Shown here one piece after another: positions 17,195 to 29,000 of a DNA stretch of 64,000 nucleotides. The notes beneath the pieces are model-generated. The model made no database searches. It was not told where the DNA came from and saw only the letters and a list, made by a program, of their open reading frames with translations. The stretch is from Balanoglossus misakiensis (lineage: Eukaryota; Animalia; Hemichordata), in assembly GCA_040954595.2 (NCBI GenBank), contig CM082594.2, positions 9,986,296 to 10,050,295 on the forward strand, read 5' to 3'. How positions within the stretch are numbered: the stretch's first letter is position 1; every line of letters starts with the position of its first letter. Position numbers and translations under genes: made by a program.

Positions 17195-18391
17195 TCATCT
17201 TTTGCCTTTCTTCTTCTTCTTTCCTTGACCCTGTCCTGATCCTCCGGAGTCTGTTCCGCTTTGTTTTTGTGTCCTGGTTTTCAACTTGGGGATTGTTTCG
17301 CAGAGGTACAATAAAATAGACTTTTCTGTAAGAAAAACAAAAGAGAAAACCTTACTTTTTCAGTTCTGAAATGTTTGGATTATTACAGGCTGTAGTCTGA
17401 AAACCTGATGAAACAAGATTTTGAGTGAGAAAAATGTGACAACCCACTCTGTGAATAAACGTACAGTATTTCAAAATGACCAAAATGCAAGACTGGGTGT
17501 GGAGCATAGCTAAAGAATACAAGAATCTGGATTCTAGACTATTGTTTGAGCAACTTACTGGAGTGAAAGTTGTCACTTTCATACATTGGCGTTCCATCTT
17601 CCTTCAACATTTTGATTCGTAAACGTCCCCTGTGTGCAACATCTCTGTTTGGATCTCTTGGATACATTTTATTCTAAAACAGAGAAATGCAACAACATTT
17701 AATTACTGGTACCAGATTAACACTGAATACGTTTCACAATGACTTCAAACAAAGTAATTATCCCCAAAGTTACAGCTCATGGGCCTTAAACTTCTAAGAT
17801 GTTTTCCTCAATACCAATACATCAAGAATCCCTACCTCAACACCAACTGACAATCCTGCTGCTAACAAAACATCTTTCATCTCATGTATTGAGGGATGTT
17901 CCACACCTTTAGACTTGGATATCCTTCTACCTTCTGCTGCTGATTTTTTGCTGTTGATGTAAGCTGGGTACACACAAATCCATCTGAGAAATAAAAGAAA
18001 AATTTCCAATCAGGCTTTTAAAAATAAAGGATAACCTAATTAATTGTGAGTAGTCCTCCACCTTTATTTTCATTAAAAGCTATTAATGCACCTACATGTA
18101 GAGTCTCGTGTATGTAATGCTAGCTATGTAAACCCGATGAAAATACGAAGCCATGTGATGAAGCGAGTATGGTAAACCCGTTTCTTGGCATATGGACAGA
18201 CATGTTCAGCGAGTCTTTCTAGCTATTTGCAGATAACTATCAGGAATTACAGACAATGAATCAATTTACCGTATTCACAGAGTATTCTCGACCAAACCCA
18301 CTTACTTTTCTTTCTTTGCTTGTTCCAACGAGGGGCCAGAGGGTCGCTGTCTTCCGGGATGACCTCCTTCCTGCTGCTGCGGCGTCGCCAT
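17195..18391 (-). CDS. SRP19: Signal recognition particle 19 kDa protein, about 159 aa; exons 18391-18306, 17983-17836, 17673-17559, 17325-17195
   Basis: WICVYPAYINSKKSAAEGRRISK, VEHPSIHEMKDVL, ENKMYPRD...RGRLRIKMLKEDG, LYLCETIPKLKTR and the basic tail KKKKKGKR match SRP19. Splice phases are consistent. Confidence 0.95.
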
Positions 18392-18592
18392 CTTTAATTT
18401 CAAAATCTCGCAGATCACGAGAGTTGTTGAGAATGAGAGTTTACAAAAGTTTTCGAACTCGCTTTGCATCATGGGTGTTCTGATGGTAGATTGTGATGTC
18501 ATAAGTATTGCTCGTACAAGTTTTAGATCAGTCGGCGGGTATAGAATGTGATTATTATCTACTATTTCGAGGAAAGCGAAATAGAAAGCAAG
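18392..18592. promoter_or_regulatory. Putative compact bidirectional promoter (SRP19 and the uncharacterised gene)
   Basis: Divergent start codons at 18391 (-) and 18593 (+) lie about 200 bp apart, with several CpGs between them. Confidence 0.55.
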
Positions 18593-21541
18593 ATGCCGAA
18601 AAGTGTAAGTGAAATACAGAAGACATATTTTAACAAAAAAACAAAAGATAAATTATTTTCTGATATTTCCCTGCAATAAATATGTAACTATCTCTCTCTC
18701 TTCCTTAGCCGAAACCAACCTCTGCTGATGAGGACTCCGATTATGAAATCGATGTAGTATCCAGACAGTATAATATGAACACCAAAGGCCAAATATGTGA
18801 GAAAGCAAAAAGAAACAACACGAAATGCGGTATAAAGAGACATCCAGGCCATTATACGGTATGCGAAGTAACACTATTTATACCATTTACGTTTTTTATA
18901 TACATGTAGTTATTTTTTCTTTCATAAATTACGCATCTATTTTTTTTATATTTCCACAAGATTGGTACTTTATGCTTTGCTGCTGAGGGTGGTAGCCTTT
19001 CCCATTACTACAATGGTAAACATTGGGAAGTACAGTTCGATCAAAAACCACTTGAGAGATCTACACGGAGACTTACAATAGCAGCCATAAATGAGTGAGT
19101 ATTGTTGACAAATATCCTACAGAATTTTTTTCGCTTTTCTGGCTCTCGCGTAGTTCACACAAAAATATTGTTCGCGAAAATTTCCGGTTTTACGGGTAGT
19201 GACTAAGCTTTCTGTGACTGTTACAGGTCAGTATCAAAGGAGCAACAACGCAGAATTTCAGAAGATGGGAAAATAAGACAGAGAGCATCAACTCTTTTAA
19301 GACCCCTCAATAAAGAATTCAAGGGTGCTGTCAATCAAAGTCAAGTTAGTTTAACTAATATTTTTTTCCAACCAGTCATTGAACCTCATTCAGTGAGCAG
19401 AGCAATATGAAGTAAGGTACTTTGTCCCTTTAATGATACAAATGAACTGTTTGTTAACTATTTGGCAGGAAATGTACGACAGAGAGGTGAAAAAGAAAAT
19501 CCAAGACCAGGAAGATCTGAAAGACGAGGCTCAAAGTGAACTGATATGGAAAGCAAACAAGAAGGTTATAGAGCAGCAAATTGAAGAAGAAAGAGTACGC
19601 CGATCTTCTCTTCTTGATGCTATGATACACGGAGATAAGGTAATCACCATTACAATAGTGATAATCATACAGTCTTGTTGGAGAATAAACCTGGAAAAAA
19701 ATGGCCACAAGTTAGAGTTAATGGGGCCAAGGCTTTAATTGGCCCATAGTGAATACCGATTTTACAAATTCAATCTGCAACATTTTTTTTTCAGGATGAG
19801 ACGGATCCGGAATTCCGAGCTCTTGTTCACAACATGGCTGAGATGAATCGCAAATGGGCTGACGTTCAGGAAGATCTGATGGGAGCCATGGCAGAACTGG
19901 AGGTAATATATGTCCTGCCCCAGGATGGGTTGGGATGATGAGAATCTCATGATGGAAGTTTCAAATATTACATGTATATAAATGTTTCTACAGTAATAAA
20001 TGATTTAATCTGACAATTTTCTCTATTTTCTTTCTTGAAGGAAGTCAGATTGGAAGAAGATCATGAAATTGATGAGAAATGCAAAGACATCAAGGATAAC
20101 TTTGTGGCTTGTTTCAACCGTGCCTCTGCCTTAATTAAACTGCAACTTACAGTAAGTCTATATCACTGTCCATTTTGAACCCCCAAAAACAAACAAATTC
20201 CCAAATTAAGCTGTGGCCACTAGACTTTCTGTTACCTTCAATTGCTAATACATTTTTTCTTTTTGAACATCCTCTGTGTACAGGAAGAATCTGAGAAACG
20301 GAGACGCAATTGCATGAATAATGATCCCAATTTGGAGTATGATGCCAAGCGACGTCGATCGATGTTTTTCAAGGATTTGGCTCAACAGGAACTCATCAGA
20401 GTCTTTGCTGGAGTAATGGTACACATAACAATCATTTATTATTGGCGTACAAGGACAAGCAAAAAGAAAACTATATGATTTATAGTGATTACAAAAAATA
20501 TGCATAGTATTGTCTTTTTAACTGCATATTTTATGAATAATTTCTATTCGATAGATAATTTCAGTGGGGAGAGTTCACAAGAATTTTACATACACAGGCT
20601 GTGTTGACCACAAACTAACACCCCCGGTAGTGGATATGTTGAAATTGTTGCTTTTCATTTTCAGCATGATGATGCAATGAAGGAAGAAGCAACTACTGAG
20701 TCTACTCGTAACACCAAAGAATTCTTGCTGGAACAGTTAGTGAGGAGGTAATTGTGAAAATCTAAGACCCCAAAGATATCAATGTTTGAGCACCGCCCCA
20801 CAGTAAAGCTTAATTTATAATGTTATTCTTTCTTTGTTATTGTTGATTGTTTATACCTGTGGACTGGTCCAGCATTAAAATTGATCTCATCATTTCTATT
20901 CATATTGCCTTGCAAGAGTATTCTAGTTTCCTTTATGTTTTGTCTTGTGACATGACCTGTGACTAACTAACAGTTTGAAAATTTGTCAACAAATATTCCG
21001 TCCCGTTTCTAACTCTAGTGGTAATGCCAAAGAAGTTGACCATGCCATGGCTGAAGAGAGAGCTCGTCGTATCATGGAAGCGGAGAAAGAACTAGCAGGT
21101 GAAATGGATTCCATCAAAGAAAACATGAAAGACATCATGGTGCGAGTGCAGGAACAGATGCTGCTTGACAAGTTTCATGGACACAAAATCAAAGGCTCTC
21201 ACTTACCTGAAACTGAAGAGTTCGAAATGGCTGAAAGTGAGCGTGATCATCAACTACGTAATATGCGCTTAAAATCGCGCAGAAAGTCTTGCGTGGTGGC
21301 GTAAGTATTCCTGTCACTTATATGCATATATTAAAGATAAATATTAAAGATATACACTATACAGTCACCTGTAATTTACATACGCCAATATATGGCTAAA
21401 ATAGGTAAAATATGTTCTAATGTTCTTGGTGTTAATACTGTGCAGTCATAATATTCATTCTGTTATGACAAAGAGCCTTCATTCAGGAAAATTGCTTTCC
21501 TAAATTGTATCATTTTCTTTTCTCCCATCAGAGATGACTAA
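18593..21541 (+). CDS. Uncharacterised charged, probably coiled-coil protein, about 437 aa; exons 18593-18604, 18709-18858, 18961-19094, 19227-19344, 19469-19639, 19795-19902, 20041-20151, 20284-20418, 20665-20747, 21019-21300, 21532-21541
   Basis: Eleven GT-AG-bounded segments join into one stop-free frame of 1314 nt (MPKSPKPTSADEDSDY...EMYDREVKKKIQDQEDLKDE...RRKSCVVADD*). E/K/R/M-rich helical composition. AATAAA at 21668. No family recognised. Confidence 0.8.
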
Positions 21542-21667
21542 CAGCATGTAACGACGACAGCACAACTAGAGATGAAGAATTCTTAAAGCACAGTACACCA
21601 TTATGTAAAACCCATGAAGTCATCCTGAAGAGGTGGTCACACTATCATGTATAGGTCACAAAATTGA

Positions 21668-21820
21668 AATAAAAGCATCTCTCTATAAAATGTCATTATC
21701 TGCTTGATATTTTATGTGCAGCATAAAATCATGCAAACACACACATATTACCTATCACCCACAGATCAATTGAAAAACATTGATGCATTTCCATGACAAC
21801 AGAGCAATCTTTTTTTTATT
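21668..21820. terminator. Candidate convergent polyadenylation signals (+ AATAAA 21668-21673; - AATAAA 21815-21820)
   Basis: Hexamers lie downstream of the orphan-gene stop and about 1.2 kb downstream of the APC stop. Their use is inferred. Confidence 0.4.
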
Positions 21821-23038
21821 ATGTACATGTTACAATAATAAATATTCTTACAAATTCTGGGATTATATTTTTTTTCATTTTACTGTTCAAATTTAGTCAT
21901 AGAGGGTTTATCCCTACAAGGTACATCATGAAGTTATTTCTTCAATTTGAAAGAACCCTCCTTATTCCAAAACACAAAAAACTAAACAGAAAACATAAGT
22001 TTGTACACATTATTTTCATGAAGACATGGGGTAAAAGTAAATTAAGGAAAAATGTGGAATAACGTACTTTTACAGAACTTGCAGTAATTTAAAGAAAAAT
22101 AATGTAAATGAAGGGTAATTCAGACAGTTTCAACTAAAATATAGATCGGGGAAAACAGTGGAGTTTGGGTATAGTGTCATTGCGTTTAAGCCCTGTTTCC
22201 ATTATTTGAATATCCCTTTTTCTTGTCAAATGAGCAGAATCTGGGAGAGATGATTGATTAAGCATTTCAAAAGACAACTATTCACTATAATCTAATTCTA
22301 CATGATTTGCTCACGTCTACAGTACAACGTCCTCTATCATCTACATTTCACTATCTTTCACTACACGGAAGGAAGTATCAAAAAGGACAAAATACATTTT
22401 TTTCCTTGACGCAAATGTCAAAATCTTTCCTCTTTTCAACAGAATACTATCTTTGACTTGATGTCCATTGTATTCAAGGGTACAGAGAACATTTAAATCA
22501 CGATCATGTCCAAACTGTAAACACAACACAATCCTACAAACATTCCATCAGACACCTTTTATAGTAACACGTCTTACAAAAAAATAGTGGGCTTCATATT
22601 TTGCGAAGCAGAAATGAACCACCAGGAAGAAGGAAAAAACTAGGAAACTGGAAAAGGCATGGAAATGTGACTGAAATAAAACTAAAAACAACTTTGGTCA
22701 TGGAATATGATTTACAAAATTCTGTACAGAAAGAAGAAAACTAGAGCATGGCAATATTCAGCACTGAACTTCCGACAGAAATTCCAAATTTAAGTTTGAA
22801 TGAGCACACAGCAGCCTGAGACATTGAAAAATACAAACAGGCATGTGTCACAATTTGCCACAAAAAATTGGCTGCACCATTGAATGGTTATTTCTTTTTT
22901 TCTTTTTATACAGTGATATGACTTCAGAGAAACAGGCTTGATCTCATCATTGTTATATCGATATTAACATATTTTCTTTTCATCTTGAATGTCTTGTACT
23001 GACATAATTCGGCTAAGGTTCTTTGTAGTTTATACTAG

Positions 23039-26000
23039 TCATACTGATGTCACAAGGTAACTTCTTGAATTCTGGTTGCTTTCCTCTGGTGTGTTGTCCT
23101 CTCCTTTTCGATTAGGGCTGCTTGGTGGTCGGCTTCCCCGAAACACCGGCCGGGGGATCATGGTGCGCCTGGGTGTCCCTTCTGGGCTCATAGGTCGGCT
23201 TGGAGGCTGACTGGACGACGTGGAGTGCTGCTGGGAGCCCGGGCTGCTGATCTGTTGCTGAGACTTGGATGGCAGCGGGCCGCTGTAGTTGAAAGGCGAC
23301 ACCATGACAGGTTTCACGGCCTGTGTGGCTGGTTTCTCGTTACTCAGTGGTGGTTTCCTGGTCGCTGGCATCTTTGACAGTCTTGAAGATTCTGACTCAA
23401 CAGAATCCTTGCTGCCCTTCCGTTGCCAACTGCTTGCAGCTTTCTTCGTCGGGGACATCTCTTCTCTCTGCTCAGGCTCAAACGCCCCTTCTTCTACATC
23501 GTCATTATCGTTGATCAAGATAAAAGAATTAAGTCTATTTTCAAATTTACACTGACGCGTTTCCCGGGGTGGGGAAGTTGGAGGTGCAGCGTCATCATAT
23601 ACAGGTTCAGGTTCTGTCTCTATCAAGTCCTCGTCTTCATCATAATCTTGAAAATTAAAATCCTCTTCTAGTTGCTCTTCAGCATCGTCTTCATCCTCTA
23701 AATCACTATCGGAAACTAGTTCCGGTTCTGGCTCCATCTCTATACCCATAATCCCATCTGCTAGCTCATCTGCCAAAACGTCATAGTTCTCCGTTTCATT
23801 TCTTTGGCCCACCCCACAGGAACCTGAACCTAAAGCGTTTTTTGACTTCTTCTTGTTTTTCTTCGGTGATCCCCTCGGCGATTGTCTCCGTGTTGGGGAC
23901 GGTGAAGAAACATCTGAATTACTTCGCTCGTTCTCACTGGCTGATTGTTTTGATTTTGGTTTGTTTCGAAAGTTCTCCCTGGCTGGCTGCGATCTCTGCC
24001 TGCCTTGGTCACCGGGCTTGTGGATGCTCTCTCTTGATTGGCGCTGGTCAGCAGTGGCTTCACTCGAAGTGATGCTCTGAATGCTGCTTCCGATTGACCG
24101 ATTGGAAAGTGGTGACACAGGAGAGATTATTCTCTGTATGCTGCCACTAGGGGAACTAGCACTGCTCCCAGCAAAAGATGTTCTGATGGATGATGGTCTG
24201 GACCCTGTTGGCGAGTTGATCGGGCAGTCTTCTCTCTTTATCCACACATCATCCGCACTTGTATCTGACGTTGGTGATGATATGTGCCCCCCATAGTTGA
24301 TTACAGGAATGTCATATTCGTTTTTTGACACGTGCCTTTTCCATTTGTTTTCCTTCTTAGGACTGGAGTGACTGCTACCTGATTCTGAACCACTCTCCTT
24401 TGAGTTAGCCCCAAAACTTGTCGGGCTTAGCAACTCCGTCTCAGGACTGTCCACTTCTCGTGGCTTCTTCCACATGTTGGTTTTACTTTGAGGTGATGTT
24501 AGTTCTGGTGGCTCAGCTTCATCGGGACTCGGACGACGCCACGGACTCACTCTCTGCGTGTTGGACTTTTCCTCCGCACTTTTGTCTTCTGCGTTTTTTG
24601 CAGCTTCGTCAGCGGCTTTGGCGGCGTTTTCAGCCGCAGCTTGCATTGCAGCTTTGGAAGGGCTGTCCTTTGTAAAGGTTGTCTGCTTGACCAGCTTTGG
24701 TTTCGGAGGAAGCTGATCGGCAGCTTTGGAAGTGGCTGGAGCATTCGCCCCTTTGATTGGCAGTTTGGAGACTGGTTTGGCAATCCTGGAACCGCCCTGC
24801 TGTGCCTGCCTCACTCCTGTTGTATTCTGTTTGGTTGGGGCGCCATTTCTAGCTGTGGTCCTTCCAGTAGCTGTTGTCCCTGTTCTAGCATTTGTCTGCC
24901 TTCTCTGTGTTGCTGGAGACATTGTCCTTGGACTTGGTCCAGAGATGGAACTTCTGGGCGATCTACTGGCTACACTACTAGACACACTATCCTTAGAGGA
25001 AGCCCTGGACAGTGAACTTTGCCTTGATGTACTCGGACTAGGTCTGTTGCCAGTATTTCTGGCATTATTTCTGGCAGCTGGTGAGGCAGATCGGCTTGTA
25101 GTTGTGTTTGACGTCGTTGATCTGTTGGCAGTCGTTGCTGGACTACCAGACCGAACTGCAGTCTTTCCTCTAGCTGCAGGTGACGCAATGCGCGTTGTGG
25201 CTGGAGTGGTGGTAGTCCTGGTGGGTGGAGATGTTCTGTTTGGTATGCTGGTTTTGCCTGTTCTAGCTGCTGCAGTCGAAGAAGTGGCTCTTGTGTTTGT
25301 CACCCTTGTTGCTGGAGATGATGTTTTATTTGCTGTGGAATCTACAGGCTTTGCAGTTGATACGGGTGGTTTGCCTGCAGTGGACTGTGCTGCTGTTCTG
25401 TTTGCCGGTGATGCAGTTCTTGGAATTGCACTTCTTCCCGCTGCAGCCTTCGCTTGAGTACTGTTGGGTGTCCTTGCGGTTGCAGTTGTTGTTCTGGCGA
25501 CAGAACCAGTTCCTGCAATCGCAGTTTTCGCTGAAGGGATAGCACTCTTGGGAGCCGGGGATACTGTTCTTGGTGGGGTGAGACTCTTTGGGGTTGTCCC
25601 TGCACTCTTGGACCCCTGTGGTGGTGGACTGTTTGATCTGGAACCTGGCGTAGGAGTTGAAGTTCTGGTCGCAGGAGCACTTCTTGCCCTTCCCCTGCCA
25701 GTACCTCGTCCTGCCCCTCCTGTTCTGTTTGGTGGAGTTATCCTGCTTCCGGCTGATATTCCTCTACCTGCTGGTGATCCCCCACGACCCGATGGTGATG
25801 AACCTCTTCCTGCAGGAGAAACACCTCTTCCTGCTGGTGATGTACCTCTGCCTGCTTGTGGAATACCAGTACCTCTGCCAGCTGGCACAATACTTGGACC
25901 AGCCATAACAGGTTTTGAAGTTACTGCCGTGCTTCGTGGGACAGAACTCGACCTATTCTGAGAATATGGGCTTCGATAAACCTTCTTTCCTCCCTTGATT

Positions 26001-29000
26001 CCTTTAGCCTCTGGTTCATTATCTTCTTGTTTGGGGATAATCTTAGGCCTGGATTCACCAGGTTTCATAATTCGTGGACCCCTTCTTATAGGCTGGTTCT
26101 CACTTTCCTCTTGTATTTCTTCTGGACTTTGTGGGCTGGCCACAGTGATATTGGCAGTGTCATTCTCGTCCTCGTCCAAACTCACTTTCTCTACTCTCCT
26201 CCAAGAATTCTTTGGTTCTTCCTTCACTGAATCTTCCCTTGAAACTTCCTTCTGAAGCTTACTGGTTTCTTTTTCAGGATTGACTTGTGGTGGCGACGCC
26301 CCTTTCTCCTGCGTTCCTCTGTTCACAAGAACTTGCCTCGAAGGAAGCCTACTCCCTTTGATTTGTCGTGGAGGAGCCTTCTTCTTTGGCATGGCAGCAT
26401 TAATCACATCATTCAGAAGTGCCTGTTCATCAGGTGATGGTTCAAAGCTTAGAGATTCCATACTGAGAGAACTAAGAGAACTGTTTCTGGAAAAACAGAC
26501 TGGTGTGTCTTCAACTGCAAAATTTCGTGGTGATTCTTTCCTCTTAACAAGTGGCATGGTCTCTTCGGTCATTTCTGTGGCAGCAGGTTTAGGAGACTGC
26601 TCTTTCAGGTCACCGGAGCCTTCAAAATCACTGAGGGAACTCAGGCTGGAGTTTCTGGAGAAGCAGACTGGAGTGCCTTCAACTGCAAAGTTGTGGGGAA
26701 TCTCATCAATGATGCGTCCTCCAGTGTAGGCATCCTGTACATGTTGCTGCTGGGCAGATGGATGATCGTGATCATTTCCCGTCGATTGCTGAGCCATCTT
26801 CTTACCTTGGTTGACTCTCTTCACACTAGCTGGAGTTTTTCTGAGATTTCTCATAACCGGCTTCACGACTGGTTTCTTTGCTGCGTCCACGGCCAGTTCT
26901 TGTTTCTTGGCCTGCAGGTCTTGCTTCAGCTGGGATTTCTCATTGGACAGATCAACATCATCATCACAACTCAGAGAGCTCAGAGAATCATTTCTTGAGA
27001 AGCAGAGAGGCGTTCCTTCAACAGTGAAGGCATGGGGAGAGTCAAAGGGTGACAGTCCAGTACTTGTTGGGCCTGACGCAGACCTGTTGGTCATCATCTT
27101 CTGTCTCGGTTCTTGTCCTGGATTGGCCCTTCCCGACACTCCCTCGATACGCTCAGCATTACCATTGACGACATCTTCGTTGGCGGAGGAATCTATTGTC
27201 AAATCGCTGAGAGACGTGGCTGTTGAGAAGTTCAGTGGTGTTCCTTCTGTGCAATACGTTGTTGTGGTGTCTGGGGGCGTACCGGTGGTCCATGGTTTTG
27301 CTGCAGAGGTAACGGATGCAGGAACTGCAGCAGGTGTAGGCTGCTTCATCATCAGATTATCTGAGCTCTTGACAGCTTGTGGCAGAAGCTGTGGTGGCTG
27401 GCTACCTGGGCTCACCCTCTTTATTGCACTTTTCTGAACAGGCTTCTGAGATTTGCGTTTACCAAGGTGAAATCCTTTCGGTTTATTCGCTTTGGGTTTT
27501 GGCATGGCTGAATTGATGCACTCTGCTAGCATGTTGCTGTCATTCTCATTCAGGATAGAACTTGTCTCAGATCTCGGATCATCGGGCGTGTCTTCTATAG
27601 TATCTGCCGGATTGCCAATTGACATTTGACCGTCCTCTCCTTGGTTGATGTCAATGTCATCAATACTCAAATCACTCAATGAAGTGGCAGTTGAAAAATT
27701 CAGAGGGGTATCCTCAGTGCAGAAAGTCTGAGGCGCATCATGGCTGAACACTTGTTGGCTGAAGCTGACATGCTTTGTAGTGTGAGGTGTTGACGGTGAT
27801 TTCTGCATCTTGGACCGAACCTTAGTCTTCGGACTGGTCAATTTTTTAGGAGGCATAGCTGAGTAGATGCAATCTTCCAATATACTCTGCTCAGCTTCAG
27901 TGGTCTCACCAGAAAGATCTACATCAGCGATGTCTTGCTGGGAGTTATTCATGTCCGTTCCAATAGTTGCAGTGGTGCTGTCGTTTTGTTTAGCTTTGAG
28001 TTCTGGATCCATAGGGATTTTCTCCTCCCCTTCGAAGCTCAGAGAGCTCAGGCTAGTGGCACCAGAGAAAGCCATCGGAGTTCCCTCTGTGCAGAACTGG
28101 AACATTCCATCTTCAGATGGCTTTGGTGGACTTGTTGAAGGTTCTTCTGGGATGGTTTGTTCCTTGTTTTCTTTGGATTGGTTCTCTGCTGCTCTTTTGG
28201 TGGGCTGAGGCATAGGTTCACTGGGAGAATCTGGGAGGTCACTGGGACTGACCACTTCACTGGCACGGTGGCTACTGTACACAGAGCTACGGTCATCGTG
28301 AAGTGAATGCAACTCGAAGCTGCTGAGAGAGCTGAGGGAACTGCATCTGCTGAAAACCAATGGTGTTTCTTCAATGAAAGCTTCATCGTTCTGACCCTCT
28401 TTCCTGTCTTTGTCAGAGTGTCGGTCTACCGTATCTGGTGTGTACGTCCCTGACCCGGAGGTTTCCTCCACACTGACAGACTGGTTCTCATCTTCGATTG
28501 TGCCGGATGATTTATCTGCTCCTTCAGTTTCCACGTCTGCTACTGCTGCCTGCTGGTCACTGTCCGCAGGTGCAGTCTGTTCTGCTGGAGCACTTGTCTC
28601 ATCGGCTTCATTGCTGTGCAGTGAGCTGAGTGAGGAACATCTGGAGAAACACACAGGGGTGTCTTCTACGCAGTAATTGGTTGGTTTGTCTTCATGGGGT
28701 TTCTTTCTGCCGTCAGCTTGACCAATGGGTTCGCTGCTCTCTGCAGGTTCAGCTGGTGCCATTGCACTGTCGTCCGGGGGCATGTGTTCGCTTTCAAACG
28801 AATTTGGAAGGTCTGTGGCATACTTCTGCGAATAGTCTGTTGGTTGGTCATCAGATGCAAAATCATGAGGGTCTTCGTAAGAGCCGCTGCTTTCGGAGTA
28901 CTGAGCGCTGAAGTTACTAGGTCTGCCGGTATCAAAGTCTGCCTTGTGATAGGGTTCACTAACTGGCGGCCGATATTGCTGCGGATATACGTTACTCTCG

